Positions 62,601 to 64,000 of a stretch of DNA of 64,000 bases are shown piece after piece; position 1 is the stretch's first letter; each line of letters starts with the position of its first letter. The position numbers were made by a program, and so were the translations under genes. This DNA comes from Takakia lepidozioides (taxonomy: Eukaryota; Plantae; Bryophyta): contig CM060732.1 of NCBI GenBank assembly GCA_030704615.1, forward strand, positions 38,998,001 to 39,062,000, in the 5' to 3' direction. The notes beneath the pieces were generated by a model that was not told the origin of the DNA, ran no database searches, and saw only the letters and a list, made by a program, of their open reading frames with translations.

Positions 62601-63754
62601 TCATAGTTATCCCTCTTCAACTTCTCCTTTCTCTTACTCTTTCTTTTTAGTTCTTGCTCTTCTTCTTCATCTGACTCATCCTCAGAGTCCTCATCATCCT
62701 TTTTCTCTCTCCTGAGCATTCCCAATTGCTCAATTCTGTTTGCAGTTTCAAATGCCTCCTCCACTGTATTATGGGGTAACATATCCACTTTCTTTTGCAA
62801 CTCTGGTCTTAGTCCACTCACAAACCAAGTCTTCTGTAAACCGGGTGCTGGTACTGCAGCCAGCTTTTTCATCATCAATTCCATCTTCTCCATATACTCT
62901 TCAACAGTTTCATGCTTCTTCTGCTTCAGCTGTTGTAAACTTCCATACACTTCATCCTCAGTTTTACTTGTCCTGAACCTATTTCGAAATGCTGTATTCA
63001 AGCCATTCCAGGTTAGGAAATGATTATCAGGGAATCTTGCATACCATTCACTTGCTTTCTTGATAAGTGAACAAGGAAACAATCTCATCTTGGCATCATC
63101 GCCATTCTCATTGTTCACTATACACATGTGCTCAAATTGGCTAATGTGTACATCGGGATCCCCTTTTCCTGAATATATTGGAAAGGGTGGTTTTGCCCGT
63201 GTTGGTTGTAACGCCATCTGTGGCCCTACCTTCTGCCCACTGACAGGTGCTGGCACCCTTGCTGGTGCTGGTCCTTCTGGACCTGTTGTTTTTGTGGTGG
63301 ATCTTCCACCAAGTGGTGGCCCTTGAGCACTCCCTGCTTCTGGCCCCACGATATTCACAGTATTCCCAGCTTCAGTTGCACTACTTCCCACACTCCCTGT
63401 CCCCCCAGAGCCAGATCCAGGCAGCCCGCCTGATCCCCCTGAGCCGACACCTTCGTTGGCCTGTGATCCAAGTGCTCCACTTGATCCAGGTCCAACGGGT
63501 TGGGATGTCCTGGTTGTAGTCTCAACCTCAGCTGTTGGGTCTACTTCTTCATATTCTTCCTCTTCCAATTTCTTCTCTCTGTTTTCATCCTCCAAGTTCT
63601 GCCCTTGGGTTTCTTCTTCACTCATGTAACTCAACTGTAATGGTGTTGGAGAGTCTGAACTCTCCGTTGGCTCTGCCACATTCTTCTCCTTCTTCACCTT
63701 CTGCTTCAGAAACTGGAGTTCCTGCTTTTGGTGTTCCATGCCAACTCTTATCAA
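59642..63754 (-). CDS. gag-protease-RT-RNase H N-terminus of copy 4 in one frame (true N-terminus lies further upstream)
   Basis: 1370-aa ORF with a gag core (RLFPCSL..ASEWY), three CCHC knuckles, LIDGGS, VFLDDF and CDASG. Confidence 0.93.
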   Translation of the reverse strand: MIRVGMEHQKQELQFLKQKVKKEKNVAEPTESSDSPTPLQLSYMSEEETQGQNLEDENREKKLEEEEYEEVDPTAEVETTTRTSQPVGPGSSGALGSQANEGVGSGGSGGLPGSGSGGTGSVGSSATEAGNTVNIVGPEAGSAQGPPLGGRSTTKTTGPEGPAPARVPAPVSGQKVGPQMALQPTRAKPPFPIYSGKGDPDVHISQFEHMCIVNNENGDDAKMRLFPCSLIKKASEWYARFPDNHFLTWNGLNTAFRNRFRTSKTEDEVYGSLQQLKQKKHETVEEYMEKMELMMKKLAAVPAPGLQKTWFVSGLRPELQKKVDMLPHNTVEEAFETANRIEQLGMLRREKKDDEDSEDESDEEEEQELKRKSKRKEKLKRDNYEKRLEEILKKYATEAATHWRKGVWCAKCQNEGHTTTECHMKEKHCTICKMDNHSTENCYYNRRTAAREPRQVRVHQVQPQPRRNNDQDHYGRSGGYNNGMEGRGNSRGNYQGNSRGNYQGNPRGNYQPGNQDYRNNPRTDQGRGPNGEELCYYCNQPGHRKAACSFWIRHQNEMRAPVNEGPVVAAHMVRPCVVPEVSTMIVTRSKAKLIPPVVEEEDDNEGGNDMPEDEETWKDEKELHKEVADTIREMQKSTDIPVADSSDSDGEEEGSEEERKKEDADMQSNEETLAEVICQTKAEITIGQLLAVAPYCRHRLYQAINRIAQETGNTDLNSKVTSYNVKPEGRETVMDFDDSMPVIQLRIGSTELTDVLIDGGSGVNIMTDQLRKKLGLSNMKPAPFTVTMADQRSVQPLGLIRGVKIQIQKMIFMITVTVLKMDEVMEAYSLLLGRPWLKQARVFHDWNSQLLTVHNGIHEIQITTKKSSRLPATRRPRGVREYDWKGGLDEEQEATLFAAHPEWEQVAEMRLESLSCLRGICCGVVTATPTEEETSIYPSHFYEEREGEIEILEEPATVSLQDEVVTGWTITADEQVREVNVGTKEEPRMVKVGADLEPEFFEEAKSLFIKYRDVFAWSYEDLKGIPPEVCQHKIELEPGSVPIKQARYRMNPNYAQKVGEEIKKLAEAKFIYPIEYTTWLSPIVIVPKKNGKLRVCVNYKKLNACTKKDPFPLPFTEAVLDTVAGHEMYSFMDGFSGYNQVQVAEEDQGKTAFITDWGAYAYKVMPFGLCNAPATFQRVISESFHEYLDDFMQVFLDDFSVYSSKNEHLHKLELCLARCRMRGLGLNPEKCTFCVNSGVLLGHIVCKKGLLVDPRKTESIKASPPPVNVKSLRRFLGQTSYYRRFVKRYAQIAAPLSKLLKKDAVFAWTAECQQAFEELTLSVTTTPVLINPHWHVVFHVHCDASGEALGAVLAQNVTGNIDSPVYYASG

Positions 63755-64000
63755 AGATTTCTGTCAAATCTTTTATCCAGGGATGTACCTCAGATCTTTC
63801 ACCTCGTGATTGATCTTCTTCCTGTACCAATTCCCTTAATCTTTCTTGCAAAGAAACAGAAGGAGTGGCATCCAACTCTAGTTCTTCCGGTATGGGTGAT
63901 GTACTCTTTGATCTTAATGGTGTGAGAGGTCCAGATGATTCCCCTATGTCTATTCCTCTCTCCCAAAGATATGGATAATTAGCTTTCAGATAGCTTTCTC

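Larger units (their letters stand above)
52356..64000 (-). mobile_element. Ty3/Gypsy family A, copy 4 (reverse strand; 5' end lies beyond the window)
   Basis: Reverse-complement match to copy 2; PPT at ~53364-53377 next to the LTR. Confidence 0.95.

Overview
Eukaryotic, intron-containing and transposon-saturated DNA, most likely a non-seed land plant (inference from the element types); no ordinary host gene was found. The window is a stack of nested elements. (A) Four copies of one non-chromoviral Ty3/Gypsy family: 1-4352 (+), a full-length copy at 18709-32192 (+, AAGAA TSD), 37210-47437 (+) and 52356->64000 (-). Their gag-pol runs in frame into a ~1,500-aa extra C-terminal region. (B) A decayed chromodomain-bearing Gypsy (4353-10299). 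(C) Two related Mutator-like (MULE) DNA transposons with left termini at ~10300 and ~14168. The most interesting signal is the MULE cargo: an intron-containing gene with a ParB/Srx-like domain (WDGNHR) and a beta-class N6A/N4C DNA-methyltransferase fold (48117-52130), plus a paralogous ParB-like gene (32443-35790). Each sits among arrays of long palindromes, mostly in predicted introns, with family-specific arms (13-bp or 17-bp) around a CGT-CA-ACG core (often CGG-CA-ACG in the 17-bp family). This resembles a transposon-borne ParB/parS-like plus methyltransferase module. All MULE genes in this window are pseudogenized. Domain calls come from motif recognition by eye, not from database searches.
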